This document shows, one piece after another, positions 19,558 through 30,529 of a stretch of 64,000 nt of DNA; the first letter of the stretch is position 1, and every line of letters begins with the position of its first letter. The position numbers and the translations under genes are program-made. The notes under the pieces are model-generated. The model was not told where the DNA came from, searched no databases, and worked only from the letters and a program-made list of their open reading frames with translations. This DNA comes from an uncultured Verrucomicrobiae bacterium (GTDB lineage: Bacteria > Verrucomicrobiota > Verrucomicrobiia > Chthoniobacterales > JAATET01): the NCBI GenBank assembly GCA_963719495.1, contig CAVRCI010000002.1:544001-608000 (forward strand). Reading direction: 5' to 3'.

Positions 19558-19597
19558 GGAGAATTTGAAATTAGAAATGCGAAATTAGAAATGGCGA

Positions 19598-20776
19598 TTA
19601 GACGGCGAGGAGATCGGTGGTGGCTTGGGCGATCATTTGTTCTTCGTCGGTTGGGATGACCAGGAGGGGGAGGGGGGCATTTTTTGGGGAGATGTGGTGG
19701 TTGGTCTCGCGACCGTTTTCGGTGTTGCGGGTGGGGTCGAGTTGGGCTCCGAGGATGCGGAGGTGGGTGGTGGTTTTTTCGCGGACCAGCGTGGAGTTTT
19801 CGCCGATGCCTCCGGTGAAGACGATGGCGTCGAGGTGGTCGAGGGAGGCGGTGAGGGCGAGGAGCCCTTTGGCGATGCGGTAGCTGAAGAGGTCGATGGC
19901 GAGAGCGGCGCGGTGGTGGCCGGTGGCGGCGGCCTGAGTGAGGGTGCGGAGGTCGTTGCTGACGCCGGAGACGCCGAGGAGGCCACTCTTTTTGTTGAGG
20001 AGGTTGGTGATGGCGGGGAGGTCGAGGTCGGTGTTGGTCGCCAGGAATTGGTGGAGATTCGGGTCGACGTCGCCGCTGCGGGTGCCCATGGCGAGGCCCT
20101 CGAGTGGGGTGAGACCCATGCTGGTATCGACGCTGCGACCGTGGCGGATGGCACAGGTGCTGCAGCCGTTGCCGAGGTGGGCGGTGAGGAGTTGGAGGTC
20201 TTCGAGGGGGCGGGCGAGGATGGCGGCGGCGCGGTTGGCGACGTAGGCGTGGCTGGTGCCGTGGGCTCCGTAGCGGCGGATGGCGTGGTGTTCGTAAAGC
20301 TCGTAGGGGATCGCGTAGAGGTGGGCGTGGGGCGGGAGGGTGCTGTGAAACGCGGTGTCGAAAACGGCGACCTGCGGGATGCCGGGGAAGAGGGTGCGGG
20401 TGGCGCGGATTCCGGCGGCGTTGGCGGGGTTGTGGAGCGGGGCGAGGCGGGCGAGGTCTTCGATGGCGGCGAGGACGTCGTCGTCGATGAGGGCGGGGGC
20501 GGTGAAGCGCTCGCCGCCGTGGACGACGCGGTGACCGATGGCGACGGGGCGAAATTCTTCGCCGAGGGAATCGGTGATGGCGCGGAGGGCGTCGGCGAGG
20601 TCGGGGCCGGGGAGGGCGGTGGGTGTCTTCTCGCCGCCGCGGGTGATGGTGAGGCTGGCTTCGGGGGTGCCGAGGCGTTCGGCGAGGCCGGTGCCGAGGG
20701 TCTCGCCGTTGGACTTGACGGCGAATTTGAGCGAGGAGCTGCCGCTGTTGAGGACGAGGACGGGGTTCGTGGGCAT
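19598..20776 (-). CDS. ackA: Acetate kinase
   Basis: VLVLNSGSSSLK, GHRVVHGG, VFDTAFH, HLGNG, FTGGIGEN. ATG at 20776. Confidence 0.97.
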   Translation of the reverse strand: MPTNPVLVLNSGSSSLKFAVKSNGETLGTGLAERLGTPEASLTITRGGEKTPTALPGPDLADALRAITDSLGEEFRPVAIGHRVVHGGERFTAPALIDDDVLAAIEDLARLAPLHNPANAAGIRATRTLFPGIPQVAVFDTAFHSTLPPHAHLYAIPYELYEHHAIRRYGAHGTSHAYVANRAAAILARPLEDLQLLTAHLGNGCSTCAIRHGRSVDTSMGLTPLEGLAMGTRSGDVDPNLHQFLATNTDLDLPAITNLLNKKSGLLGVSGVSNDLRTLTQAAATGHHRAALAIDLFSYRIAKGLLALTASLDHLDAIVFTGGIGENSTLVREKTTTHLRILGAQLDPTRNTENGRETNHHISPKNAPLPLLVIPTDEEQMIAQATTDLLAV

Positions 20777-20817
20777 GGCGGCGGGTGGAAGTTTGCGGCT
20801 TCGCCGATGGGGATGAG

Positions 20818-20858
20818 GTGCCGGGCTGGAAGCCCGGCACGACAGGCTGGAAGCCTGT
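20818..20858. repeat. Tandem REP-like hairpins with a GGCTGGAAGCC core
   Basis: GTGCCGGGC-TGGAA-GCCCGGCAC and ACAGGC-TGGAA-GCCTGT, between fabD and ackA. Confidence 0.7.
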
Positions 20859-20859
20859 T

Positions 20860-21792
20860 TTACCCTAACTTCGCCAGGGCTTCCTCGAGGGTGGCGGCGT
20901 TGGAGATCGAGATGACCTCGGTGCCCTTGCGGATGCGGTTGACCAGGCCCGCGATGACGGCACCGGGGCCGAGCTCGATGAGGAGGTCGGACTTTTCGTG
21001 GTCGAGGAGGTATTCGACGCTCTCGGTCCAACGGACGCTGCCGGTGACCTGGTCGGCGAGGCCGCGGCGGATTTTGTCGGGCTCGGCGACCGGGATCGCG
21101 TCGACGTTGCAGATGACCGGGACGCGCGGCGTATTGATGCCGGTGTCGATGAGCGCGGCGGTGAGGGATTGGTAGGCGGATTCCATGAGGCGGGAGTGGA
21201 ACGCTCCGGCGACGGTGAGTTCGACCGCTTTGCGGGCTCCGTATTCGCGGGCGAGGGAGCAGGCTAGAGCGATCTTCGAGGATTGACCGGAAATGACGAC
21301 CTGGCCGGGGCAGTTGAGATTGGCGATGTCGACGTCGGCGGCGGCGGCGAGGTCGCGGATGGAATTCTCCTCGGCTCCGATGATGGCGGCCATTCCGCCT
21401 TCGGTTTCTTCGCAGGCTTGCTGCATGGCGGTGGCGCGTTGGTGGACGAGGCCGAGGCCGGTGGCGAAATCGAACGTGCCGGCGGCGGCGTGGGCGGTGA
21501 ATTCCCCGAGGGAAAGTCCGGCGGCGGCGGAGAAAGCGAAGTCTGGGAGTCGTTCGCGGAGCGCGGCGAGGCACGCGAGGCCGTGCACGTAGAGCGCGGG
21601 TTGGCAGACGGAGGTCTTGGTCAATTCTTCGGTGGGGCCTTCGAAACTGATCTCGCTCAGCGGGAAGCCGAGCTGGGCGTCGGCTTGTTCGTAGAGGGCG
21701 GCGGCGGCTGGCGAGGCGGCGGCGAGATCCTTGCCCATTCCAACGGTCTGGGCGCCCTGGCCGGCGAAGAGAAGTGCGATTTTTTTGCTCAT
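20860..21792 (-). CDS. fabD: Malonyl-CoA:ACP transacylase
   Basis: FAGQGAQ, GLSLGE, GAFHS, ELGPG. Confidence 0.96.
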   Translation of the reverse strand: MSKKIALLFAGQGAQTVGMGKDLAAASPAAAALYEQADAQLGFPLSEISFEGPTEELTKTSVCQPALYVHGLACLAALRERLPDFAFSAAAGLSLGEFTAHAAAGTFDFATGLGLVHQRATAMQQACEETEGGMAAIIGAEENSIRDLAAAADVDIANLNCPGQVVISGQSSKIALACSLAREYGARKAVELTVAGAFHSRLMESAYQSLTAALIDTGINTPRVPVICNVDAIPVAEPDKIRRGLADQVTGSVRWTESVEYLLDHEKSDLLIELGPGAVIAGLVNRIRKGTEVISISNAATLEEALAKLG

Positions 21793-22931
21793 AAGTGCTT
21801 GGAGAGGGCAACGAGTCTGGCGACGCGTTCGGCGGCGTGCGAGAGAAGAATTCCCGCGCTGGCCATAGATTCCGCGAGGGTTGCGGGACGTTCCGCGATG
21901 GGAATGCAGGCGTCGAAAGAGGCGCGGATCGCGTCGGAATCCTCAATGACTCCGGCGAAAGCGATGCAGGGTTTGCCGGCGGCTCGCGCGAGGCGGGCGA
22001 TCCCGGACGGTCCCTTGCCGTCGATGGTGGTGGCGTCGAGGCGGCCTTCGCCGGTGATCACGAGATCGGCCTCGGCGATCAATGGCTCGATGCCGAGAAG
22101 AGAAACGCAGGCGTCGAAGCCGGGGCGGATTTCGGCGTCCAGGAACGTGAGCAGTCCGTAGCCGAGGCCGCCGGCGGCTCCGGCTCCGGGGGTGGGGCGG
22201 TGGTCGCCGTGCAGATCGCGATCGATGATGGCGGCGAGGTGGGCGACGGAGGTTTCGAGTTCGTCGAGGTTGATCGCACCTTTTTGGTGGCCGTAGATAC
22301 GAGTTGCCCCGCGTGAACCGAGGAGCGGGTTCGTCACGTCGGAGAGGGCGATGATTTCCAACTTCGGACGGGTGGCTGGCGCGATCACCCGGGTGATCCG
22401 GAGGAAGTTTGCCGGGATCGCTTCGATCTCGGCACCGGACGCGTCGAGAAAACGATAGCCGAAAGCGGCGGCGAGCCCGGCTCCGGCGTCGTTCGTGGCG
22501 CTGCCGCCGAGGCCGATGAAAATGCGTTGTGCGCCGCGGGCGATCGCGGCGAGGACGAGTTCGCCGGTCCCTCGGGTCGAAGTGCGCGATGGGTCGCGCT
22601 CGGAATCCGCGAGTCGCCAGAGGCCGGAGGCGGCGCTCATGTCGATGACGGCTTCGCGGGTGTCGGGGAACCAGGTCCAGGTTGCCTTGACCGACCGACC
22701 CAATGGATCGGAGGCACGGGTCTCGACGGTCTCGCCACCACTCGTGCGGCGAAAGAGCTCGGCCGTGCCTTCGCCGCCGTCGGCGAGGGGAATCCGGATG
22801 GCTTGGAGCGACGGGAAGACCGCTCGGAATCCCGTCTCGATGGCGGACGCGGCTTCGTCCGAGGTCAGCGAGCCTTTGAATTTATCGGGCGCGATGAGGA
22901 GGCGCATTGCGCTGGACGATGCCACGGTCAT
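21789..22931 (-). CDS. glxK: Glycerate kinase (GlxK/GarK family)
   Basis: APDKFKGSL, ADGGEGT, GGSATND, GAGAAGGLG, TGEGRLD. Confidence 0.93.
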   Translation of the reverse strand: MTVASSSAMRLLIAPDKFKGSLTSDEAASAIETGFRAVFPSLQAIRIPLADGGEGTAELFRRTSGGETVETRASDPLGRSVKATWTWFPDTREAVIDMSAASGLWRLADSERDPSRTSTRGTGELVLAAIARGAQRIFIGLGGSATNDAGAGLAAAFGYRFLDASGAEIEAIPANFLRITRVIAPATRPKLEIIALSDVTNPLLGSRGATRIYGHQKGAINLDELETSVAHLAAIIDRDLHGDHRPTPGAGAAGGLGYGLLTFLDAEIRPGFDACVSLLGIEPLIAEADLVITGEGRLDATTIDGKGPSGIARLARAAGKPCIAFAGVIEDSDAIRASFDACIPIAERPATLAESMASAGILLSHAAERVARLVALSKHL

Positions 22932-22990
22932 TGGACCGGCGCGAGCTTGCCGATCGACGAATCACGCGCTAAGAATCGAAGGCGCAGTTT

Positions 22991-23078
22991 GGAGGGGTGG
23001 TAGAGTGGTCGATTGCGCCAGTCTTGAAAACTGGAGAGCCGCAAGGTTCCGTGGGTTCGAATCCCACCCCCTCCGCCA
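22991..23078 (+). tRNA. tRNA-Ser(TGA)
   Basis: GGAGGGGTGG...CCAGT-CTTGAAA-ACTGG, long variable arm, GGTTCGAATCCC, 3' CCA. Confidence 0.96.
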
Positions 23079-23385
23079 TGACTTCCGATCGCCCGCTTTT
23101 CATTCAATCTTCGCCCAAGACTGTGAAGATGCGTTGATTCTTGCGCGGATCGTTGCGGAGATTCTTGGAACCAAGGGTATAAAATTCACGGTGATTCTTG
23201 CGCAGTCACCAAAAAATGCTCTCTCCGAGTAGTTTAGCGGGAGACTTCGAGTCGCGGATGTGTGGGAATCAACGGAAAAGTGTGGGGACGCGTTGATTGT
23301 TGCGCTCCGATTTCATTTACCCGGCGGTGCCATCTTCCAGTCGTCGGGGGCGGCCTGCAAAAATGCGTTGGTCCAAACTGTCGTT

Positions 23386-23514
23386 TTGCATTTAATCTGC
23401 GAAGGCACCGTCAAGACCCACATGAACCATCTGCTGCGCAAGCTCGGTGCGCTGGATCGCACCCACGCAGTGACGCTCTCGCTGAAGCGCGGGCTGCTCA
23501 GCCTCGACGATTGA
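23386..23514 (+). pseudogene. C-terminal LuxR/NarL HTH fragment
   Basis: LICEGTVKTHMNHLLRKLGALDRTHAVTLSLKRGL. No receiver domain upstream. Confidence 0.75.
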
Positions 23515-23738
23515 GAGGTGCCCGCCGGAAGCGGCGCGGATTACTCGTCGGATTCGAGCGAATGCGTCACGAAGCCATCCATCGAAAGTTAGACCCGCGC
23601 GTTGCACTTCTGCGGGTTCGCGCTCCCGGTGAAGAGAAGGCAGGTTCAACCTGCGATGGGAAAGGCAACTGGCCCCCACGAGACAGAGCGAGTGATGAGA
23701 CCAGCGCGCCCGTCGGAACATCCGACCGAAATCTGAAT

Positions 23739-24425
23739 ATGAAGAGTTCCGCGACGACCCGCCTTACTATCGAAGTCTATTCCGACCTCATCTGCCCGTG
23801 GTGCTACATCGGGAAGCAGCGGATGGAAGGAGGGTTGAAAACGCTGGGGCCGGAGGTGAGCTACAAAATTATTTGGAAAGCGTTCGAGCTGAACCCGGAG
23901 ATGTCAGCCGAGGGGATGGATCGAAAAGCGTATCGCTCGGCCAAATTTGGAAGTTGGGAGCGCTCCCAAGCGATGGATCGAGACGTGAGCAAGAGTGGCA
24001 CGGACGCGGGTCTGGATTTTCACTTCGAGACAATCGAGCGAACGCCCCACACGTTTTTCGGTCATCGTTTGATTTGGTTTGCGGGCCAACTCGGTCGGCA
24101 AGACGACCTCAATGACGCCCTGCTGCGGGCGTATTTCTCGGAAGGGCGTGACGTGGGCGATGCCCGGACGCTTGCGGCCATCGCCGGGGAGAATGGTCTC
24201 GACGAGAATCAAGTCGTCGCCTTCCTCGCCAGCGAAGAAGGCGCGAAGGAGGTGCGCGAGGAGGAGCGGTCGGCACGGGAGCGCGGACTGGCCGGCGTGC
24301 CCTTTTTAATCGTCAACGGCGTGCCAGCCTTTGCGGGTGCCCAGCTTCCCGAGCAATTCGCTAAAGTGTTCCGCAACGCCACCGCCGCCGCGACGGACTG
24401 TTCCGGAGGAAGCTGTGCGATCTGA
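23739..24425 (+). CDS. DsbA/FrnE-family oxidoreductase
   Basis: YSDLICPWCYIG, FELNP, GVPF, and a C-terminal CSGGSC. Confidence 0.9.
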   Translation: MKSSATTRLTIEVYSDLICPWCYIGKQRMEGGLKTLGPEVSYKIIWKAFELNPEMSAEGMDRKAYRSAKFGSWERSQAMDRDVSKSGTDAGLDFHFETIERTPHTFFGHRLIWFAGQLGRQDDLNDALLRAYFSEGRDVGDARTLAAIAGENGLDENQVVAFLASEEGAKEVREEERSARERGLAGVPFLIVNGVPAFAGAQLPEQFAKVFRNATAAATDCSGGSCAI

Positions 24426-24521
24426 TCCCATGAATCCTCCCGCTAAGGATGGAGTGGACGCCTGCCGTCCCCTCGCGGATCCATCGCGAGGGGGATCCGC
24501 GGCTCGAGGAGACGGAAAATC

Positions 24522-25650
24522 ATGAAAAAGAATGCACTTGTCATCGGTGGCTCGCTCGGTGGCTTAGCCGTCGGTCTCGAATTGCAGCACGCGGGCTGCG
24601 ACGTGGAGATTTTCGAACGGTCGCCGCGGGTGCTCGACGACCGCGGGGCTGGTATCGTCATGCAAGCGGAGACGCTTCATCTGCTGACTCGGCGCTGCGG
24701 TTTGGCCGAAGACGAGACCGGCGTGTGGCTACGCCAACGCCAACATTTGGGAGCCGATGGCCATCCGGAGTCGCGCCAAGATATGCCGCAACTCATGACC
24801 TCCTGGGGATTGATTCAGCGCGCCTTTCGGAGGTCAATCCCTGACGAAAAATATCATTCGGGATGCCAGCTTATCGATTTCGAAGCGGAGGCGGACTCGG
24901 TCACGGCACGATTCGCCAACGGGGATGAAGTGATCGGAGATCTGCTTGTCGGGGCGGACGGTTCGCGCTCCACGGTGCGCGCTCAGCTTCATCCGGAGGT
25001 GACGCCGCGATCCGCCGGCTACGTCGCGTGGCGGGGAGTGGTGGACGAGGCGGACGCGGGTGAGGAGCTCCTCGCGACATTTGGCGATCGCTTCACGTTT
25101 CAACAGATGCGCCACAGTCACGCCCTTTGCTACCTCATTCCCGGAGCGAATGGTGAGACGGAACCTGGCGCGCGGCGTCTGAATTGGGTCTGGTATTGGA
25201 ACGTGCCGGAACCGGAATTGGCGCGCTTGATGATGGGTCCCGACGGGCGGCGACACGAGTTCTCCATCCCGCCCGGCCAGCTCCGCCCGGAGGTGATCGC
25301 CGAGCAGCGAGTTGATTGCCGAGCGCGTGCTCTGTCCGCAGTTCCTTGAATTGTGGGACGCCACAAAGCAGCCCTTTCTCCAGCCGATCCTCGACCTCGC
25401 CGTTCCGCGAATGGCGGTGGGTCGCGTTGCGATCGTTGGCGACGCCGCGTTTATCCCGCGGCCCCACACGGCGGCCAGCACGTCGAAAGCCGCTGCGGAC
25501 GCTTTGGCGCTCGGTCAGGCGGTCACCGAGCATCCCGACGATCTCGACAACGCACTGGCGGCTTGGGAGCCGGGCCAACTCGCGCTCGGGCGCAACCTCG
25601 AAGCGCACGGACAAGCGCTCGGATATCGTTCGCAATTCTCCGCGGGGTGA
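24522..25650 (+). pseudogene. FAD-dependent monooxygenase (2,6-dihydroxypyridine-hydroxylase-like), frameshifted near 25310
   Basis: GGSLGG, GADGSRS and YVAWRG are in one frame. The C-terminus (GDAAFIPRPHTAASTSKA) is in another frame. Confidence 0.8.
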
Positions 25651-25753
25651 TCTCCACGACTTTTCCAGATCCATTTGCCGAACGGTTCGATTTCGAAACG
25701 GTGGATCGCAGCACAATCTCCCACGCCGCTCACCACATCATACCGACATCATC

Positions 25754-27033
25754 ATGAATCCCGATTCCCCGACCCATCCCATCCGAATCTACGGCGCGCC
25801 CGGCTGCCGCGTCTCATTCAAGCTTCGAGATTTTCTCAAGCGGAGCGCGCTGGATTTCGAATGGGTCGAGCTGACGTCCAGTGAAGCAGCTCGCGAATTA
25901 ACGGGGATCAGTTCGCTGGAAGATGAGCGTTTACCCCTGTGCGAACTGCCCGACCGCGTTCGGCTTGACCACCCGTCGCTGCACGAACTTGCCGGGGCTC
26001 TGGGATATCTGGCGAAGCCAAAGCACGTCGATTACGACCTTTCGATCTACGGGGCCGGGCCAGCCGGACTCAGCGCGGCGGTCTACGCCGCGTCGGAGGG
26101 ACTGCGCACGGTCCTCATCGAACGCGCCGCCGTGGGGGGACAGGCCGGCAGCAGTTCCATGATCGAAAACTATCTCGGATTTCCCGAAGGGATCAGCGGG
26201 GCGGAACTCGCCGCGCGGGCTCGCGAGCAGGCCTTGAAATTCGGCTGTGAAATTCTCCAGCTTCGAGAAGGTGTGAACGCGGAGTTCCGCGATGGCAGGA
26301 TCCACGTCGATCTTGCCGACGGGTCCCGACTCGCCGCGGGTGCGAACATTTGCGCCACCGGCGTGGAATACGGCGGTCTCGGGCTGCCGAACGAGTCGCA
26401 GTTTATTGGGGCCGGACTTTATCATGGGGGCCGGATACAGCGAAGCGTCGCGGCTCGAAGGCAAGACCGCCTACGTCGTCGGCGGCGCCAACTCGACCGG
26501 TCAAGCCGCGATTCATTTTTCGCTCTTTGCCGAACGCGTGGTGGTGGTCATCCGCGCCAGCGAACGTTCGGCGACCATGTCCACCTACCTCTGGACGCGT
26601 GTGCTCGGGAATCCGACGATCGAGGTGCGGTTTTCCACTTCAGTCAGCGGAATCGACGGCGACAACGTGCTGCGTCACATCACGCTGCGCGACCGGAATT
26701 CCAAAGCCAGAGAAACGGTCGATTCCGAGCATCTGTTCGTTTGCATCGGAGGTCGTCCGAACACGACGCGGGCGCGTGACACGGCGATCCTGCGAGATCG
26801 CAGCGGCTATCTCGTCACCGGCACGGACACGCATGTCGATGGCAAGCCTCCGGAACGATGGCCGCTCGAGCGACCGCCGCGCTTTCTCGAAACGAGCGTT
26901 CCTAGCTCGCTCGCCGCTGGCGACGTGCGCCTTGGTTCGGTGAAGCGATTCGCGACCGCCGTCGGAGAAGGCGCGATGGCCGTGACATCTGTTCAACCAA
27001 TACCTTGCGGAACAGGCTCGACTCCCGATCTGA
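25754..27033 (+). pseudogene. Thioredoxin-reductase-like FAD oxidoreductase with two frameshifts (~26428, ~26996)
   Basis: GAGPAGLSAAVYAASEG and IENYLGFP. After the G-run at 26426-26430, VVGGANS and AGDVR...KR.ATAVGEG continue in another frame. Removing one A near 26996 gives the expected ending VHQYLA, stopping at 27031-27033. Confidence 0.8.
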
Positions 27034-27091
27034 AGGCGCTGGCGAGCGGCTCGATGGGCTGGAAAGAAATCCAGCGCGAAAATTTTATCCC

Positions 27092-29299
27092 TTAGATCTT
27101 CCGGGCCGGGTCCGTGAAAAGACGCCACTGCGCGGCTTGGAAGTCGCCTGGTGAACGGGGGCATTCTAGGCCCAAGGACAGTAGGAATTGCCCGGTCCAT
27201 CCGGTTGGCTGGTCGAGGGTTCGATAAATGGCGTCGGGATCGAGTCCGCGGAGACGGAGGCGGGTCGGTTGCGAGTTTGGTCGTGCGAGCGTGCGGAAAT
27301 AGCTCACGATCGCCTCGCCTCGGTCGCCGGCGACGATCATCCACGCGGTGTCGTTTCCATCGAACGGACTCGCGAGCCGGTAGAAGTCTCCGTTGGCGAC
27401 GAGCGCTCGGATCTCTTTGTAGTCGGCGGTGTGCTGGCGGACTTCGTCCTGCTCCTCGGACGTGAGTTTGTTGAGATCGAGTTCGTAGCCGAATGCGCCG
27501 GTCGTGGCGGCGGTGACCCGGGTCGCGAGGGGGGTGGTGCGATGGACTTGATGATTGGGGACGGCGGAGACGTGCGCGCTGATGCAGCTGAGCGGATAGA
27601 TGATGCTCGTGCCGAATTGGATTTTCAGGCGTTCGATGGCGTCGGAGTCGTCGCTGGCCCAGGTCTGGGGCATGTAATGGAGGATGCCGGGATCGAAGCG
27701 TCCACCGCCAGCGGCGCAGCCTTCGAACAGGATGTCGGGGAACCGGGTCGTGAGGGTCTCCATCATCTCGTAAACGCCGAGAATGTTGCGGTGGGCGACC
27801 TCCATCTGTTGGTCGGGCGGGAGGGCGGCGGAGCCGGCTTCTGTGAGGTTGCGGTTCATGTCCCACTTCACGTAGGTGATGGGCGCGGACTCGAGGACGG
27901 CGGCGACCGCTTCGACGATGTGAGCGCGGATTTCGGGGCGGGTGAGATCGAGAACGAGCTGCTCTCGGTCGGTTGTCCTCGCTCGGTCCGGGACGTGGAG
28001 GCACCAGTCGGGGTGGGCGCGGTAAAGGTCGCTGTCGGGCGAGATCATCTCGGGTTCGAACCAGAGGCCGAACTCGAGGCCCTGCTCGCGGACGCGGCGG
28101 GCGAGTTCGCCGAGGCCGCCGGGGAGTTTGGCGGGATTGACCGTCCAGTCGCCGAGGCCGCTGAAACTGTTGTTGCGGATCCCGAACCAGCCGTCGTCGA
28201 GGACGAACAGTTCGACGCCGAGTTCGGCGGCTTTGCCGGAGATGGCGAGGAGTTTGTCGGCGTCGAATTTGAAGTAGGTCGCCTCCCAGTTGTTCAGGAG
28301 AACGGGTCGCGGGGCGTCGCGGAATTTTCCCCGGCAGAGGCGGGTGCGGTAGAGCCGGTGGAACGTGCGAGACATCCCGCCGAGACCGGTGGCCGAGAAG
28401 ACGAGGACCGCTTCGGGGGTTTGGAAGGATTTTTTGGAATCGAGCCGCCATTCGAAATCGAAGGGGTTGATTCCGATGGAGACGCGGGTGTGCTCGAAGG
28501 AGTCGACCTCGACTTGGGCGAGGAAGCTGCCGCTGTAGACGAGGCTGATTCCGTGGACTTCTCCCTGATCTTCGTCGGCGCCGGTTGCGAGGAGCGCGAC
28601 GAAGGGATTGTGTTGGTGGCTGCTGGCCCCGCGGCGACTTTCGATACTTCGGATGCCGGGGTGGAGTGGATGAATGCCGACGTGGCGCTCGCGACCCCAC
28701 GCGCCTGAGAGCTCGAGCATGCGGTAGTCGCAACGGCCCAAGTCGAGCGAGCAGGAGGCGGCGCGTTGAATGCGGAGTGGGTCGGGGCCGTGATTTTCCA
28801 GTCGCAGGGATCGGGTGACGGCGTCGTGATGACCGAAGACCGTGTATTGCAGGATGGCGTGGAATCCGATGAGCCGGTCGCGGAGTTCGATCTCGAGCGA
28901 GTCGGCTTCGTCGTCCGATTCGACGTAGGTCGCGGGCAGGCCGGGGAGCTTGGGTTTCCCGGGGCGGATGCGGTGCGAGTGGTAGCGGAAGTCGAGGATG
29001 CGGGAGCCGTCGGGTTGGAGGACGGCGAGCGCCGGGGAACGGAAATCGCCAGTGCCGAAGACGGGGAGTTCGAGCGGAAGGGTGCCGATCAAGTCGAGCG
29101 TCTCGGCGGGTTTCGGCTCGGGCGTCCATTCGCGGACGATTCCGTCGGGGACGCTGGCGAGGAGTTCGGCGCTGTCGACGCGGGGTCCCCAGTGGAGGTG
29201 GAGTGGGACGCCTAGGCGTCCGTGAATGCGGAGGGCGTAGGTGGAATTCGGCGTGTGGAGGAGGAAGGTGCGGGACGGGGCGTGGAAATCGATCGGCAT
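27092..29299 (-). CDS. GH36 alpha-galactosidase
   Basis: NNWEATYF, FVLDDGWFG, WFEPEM, YVKWDMNR, WASDDSDAIERL. ATG at 29299. Confidence 0.95.
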   Translation of the reverse strand: MPIDFHAPSRTFLLHTPNSTYALRIHGRLGVPLHLHWGPRVDSAELLASVPDGIVREWTPEPKPAETLDLIGTLPLELPVFGTGDFRSPALAVLQPDGSRILDFRYHSHRIRPGKPKLPGLPATYVESDDEADSLEIELRDRLIGFHAILQYTVFGHHDAVTRSLRLENHGPDPLRIQRAASCSLDLGRCDYRMLELSGAWGRERHVGIHPLHPGIRSIESRRGASSHQHNPFVALLATGADEDQGEVHGISLVYSGSFLAQVEVDSFEHTRVSIGINPFDFEWRLDSKKSFQTPEAVLVFSATGLGGMSRTFHRLYRTRLCRGKFRDAPRPVLLNNWEATYFKFDADKLLAISGKAAELGVELFVLDDGWFGIRNNSFSGLGDWTVNPAKLPGGLGELARRVREQGLEFGLWFEPEMISPDSDLYRAHPDWCLHVPDRARTTDREQLVLDLTRPEIRAHIVEAVAAVLESAPITYVKWDMNRNLTEAGSAALPPDQQMEVAHRNILGVYEMMETLTTRFPDILFEGCAAGGGRFDPGILHYMPQTWASDDSDAIERLKIQFGTSIIYPLSCISAHVSAVPNHQVHRTTPLATRVTAATTGAFGYELDLNKLTSEEQDEVRQHTADYKEIRALVANGDFYRLASPFDGNDTAWMIVAGDRGEAIVSYFRTLARPNSQPTRLRLRGLDPDAIYRTLDQPTGWTGQFLLSLGLECPRSPGDFQAAQWRLFTDPARKI

Positions 29300-29324
29300 T
29301 GGTGGATGCGGGGGAATGGAAGTG

Positions 29325-29373
29325 TCGGCTTTCAGCCGAGGGTGGGTCGAGATCGGCTGGAAGCCGATGCCAC
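29325..29373. repeat. Inverted REP-like doublet with the same core as 20818-20858
   Basis: TCGGCTTTCAGCCGA (29325-29339) and ATCGGCTGGAAGCCGATGCCAC (29352-29373). Confidence 0.65.
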
Positions 29374-29382
29374 GGAGGTGAG

Positions 29383-30504
<1,122 letters not shown>

Positions 30505-30529
30505 GGGTCGGAAATGCGTTGGTGGAGAA

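Noticed and set aside
19598..21946. Apparent 782-aa ackA fusion
   Set aside because: The N-terminal 390 aa is an off-frame reading of fabD. The real AckA starts at 20776.
17629..22161. Long plus-strand ORFs (676, 516, 292 aa)
   Set aside because: Antisense shadows of pta/ackA/fabD caused by high-GC codon bias.
26426..26430. Programmed frameshift or phase-variable tract in the TrxB-like gene
   Set aside because: The run is only 5 G with no canonical slippery heptamer. Neighbouring genes are also broken, so decay or error is simpler.
27014..27030. GGCTCGACTCCC resembling a tRNA T-arm (possible attR of the tRNA-Ser islet)
   Set aside because: It does not match the tRNA-Ser 3' end (GGTTCGAATCCCACCCCCTCCGCCA) well and lies in the coding tail of the TrxB-like gene.
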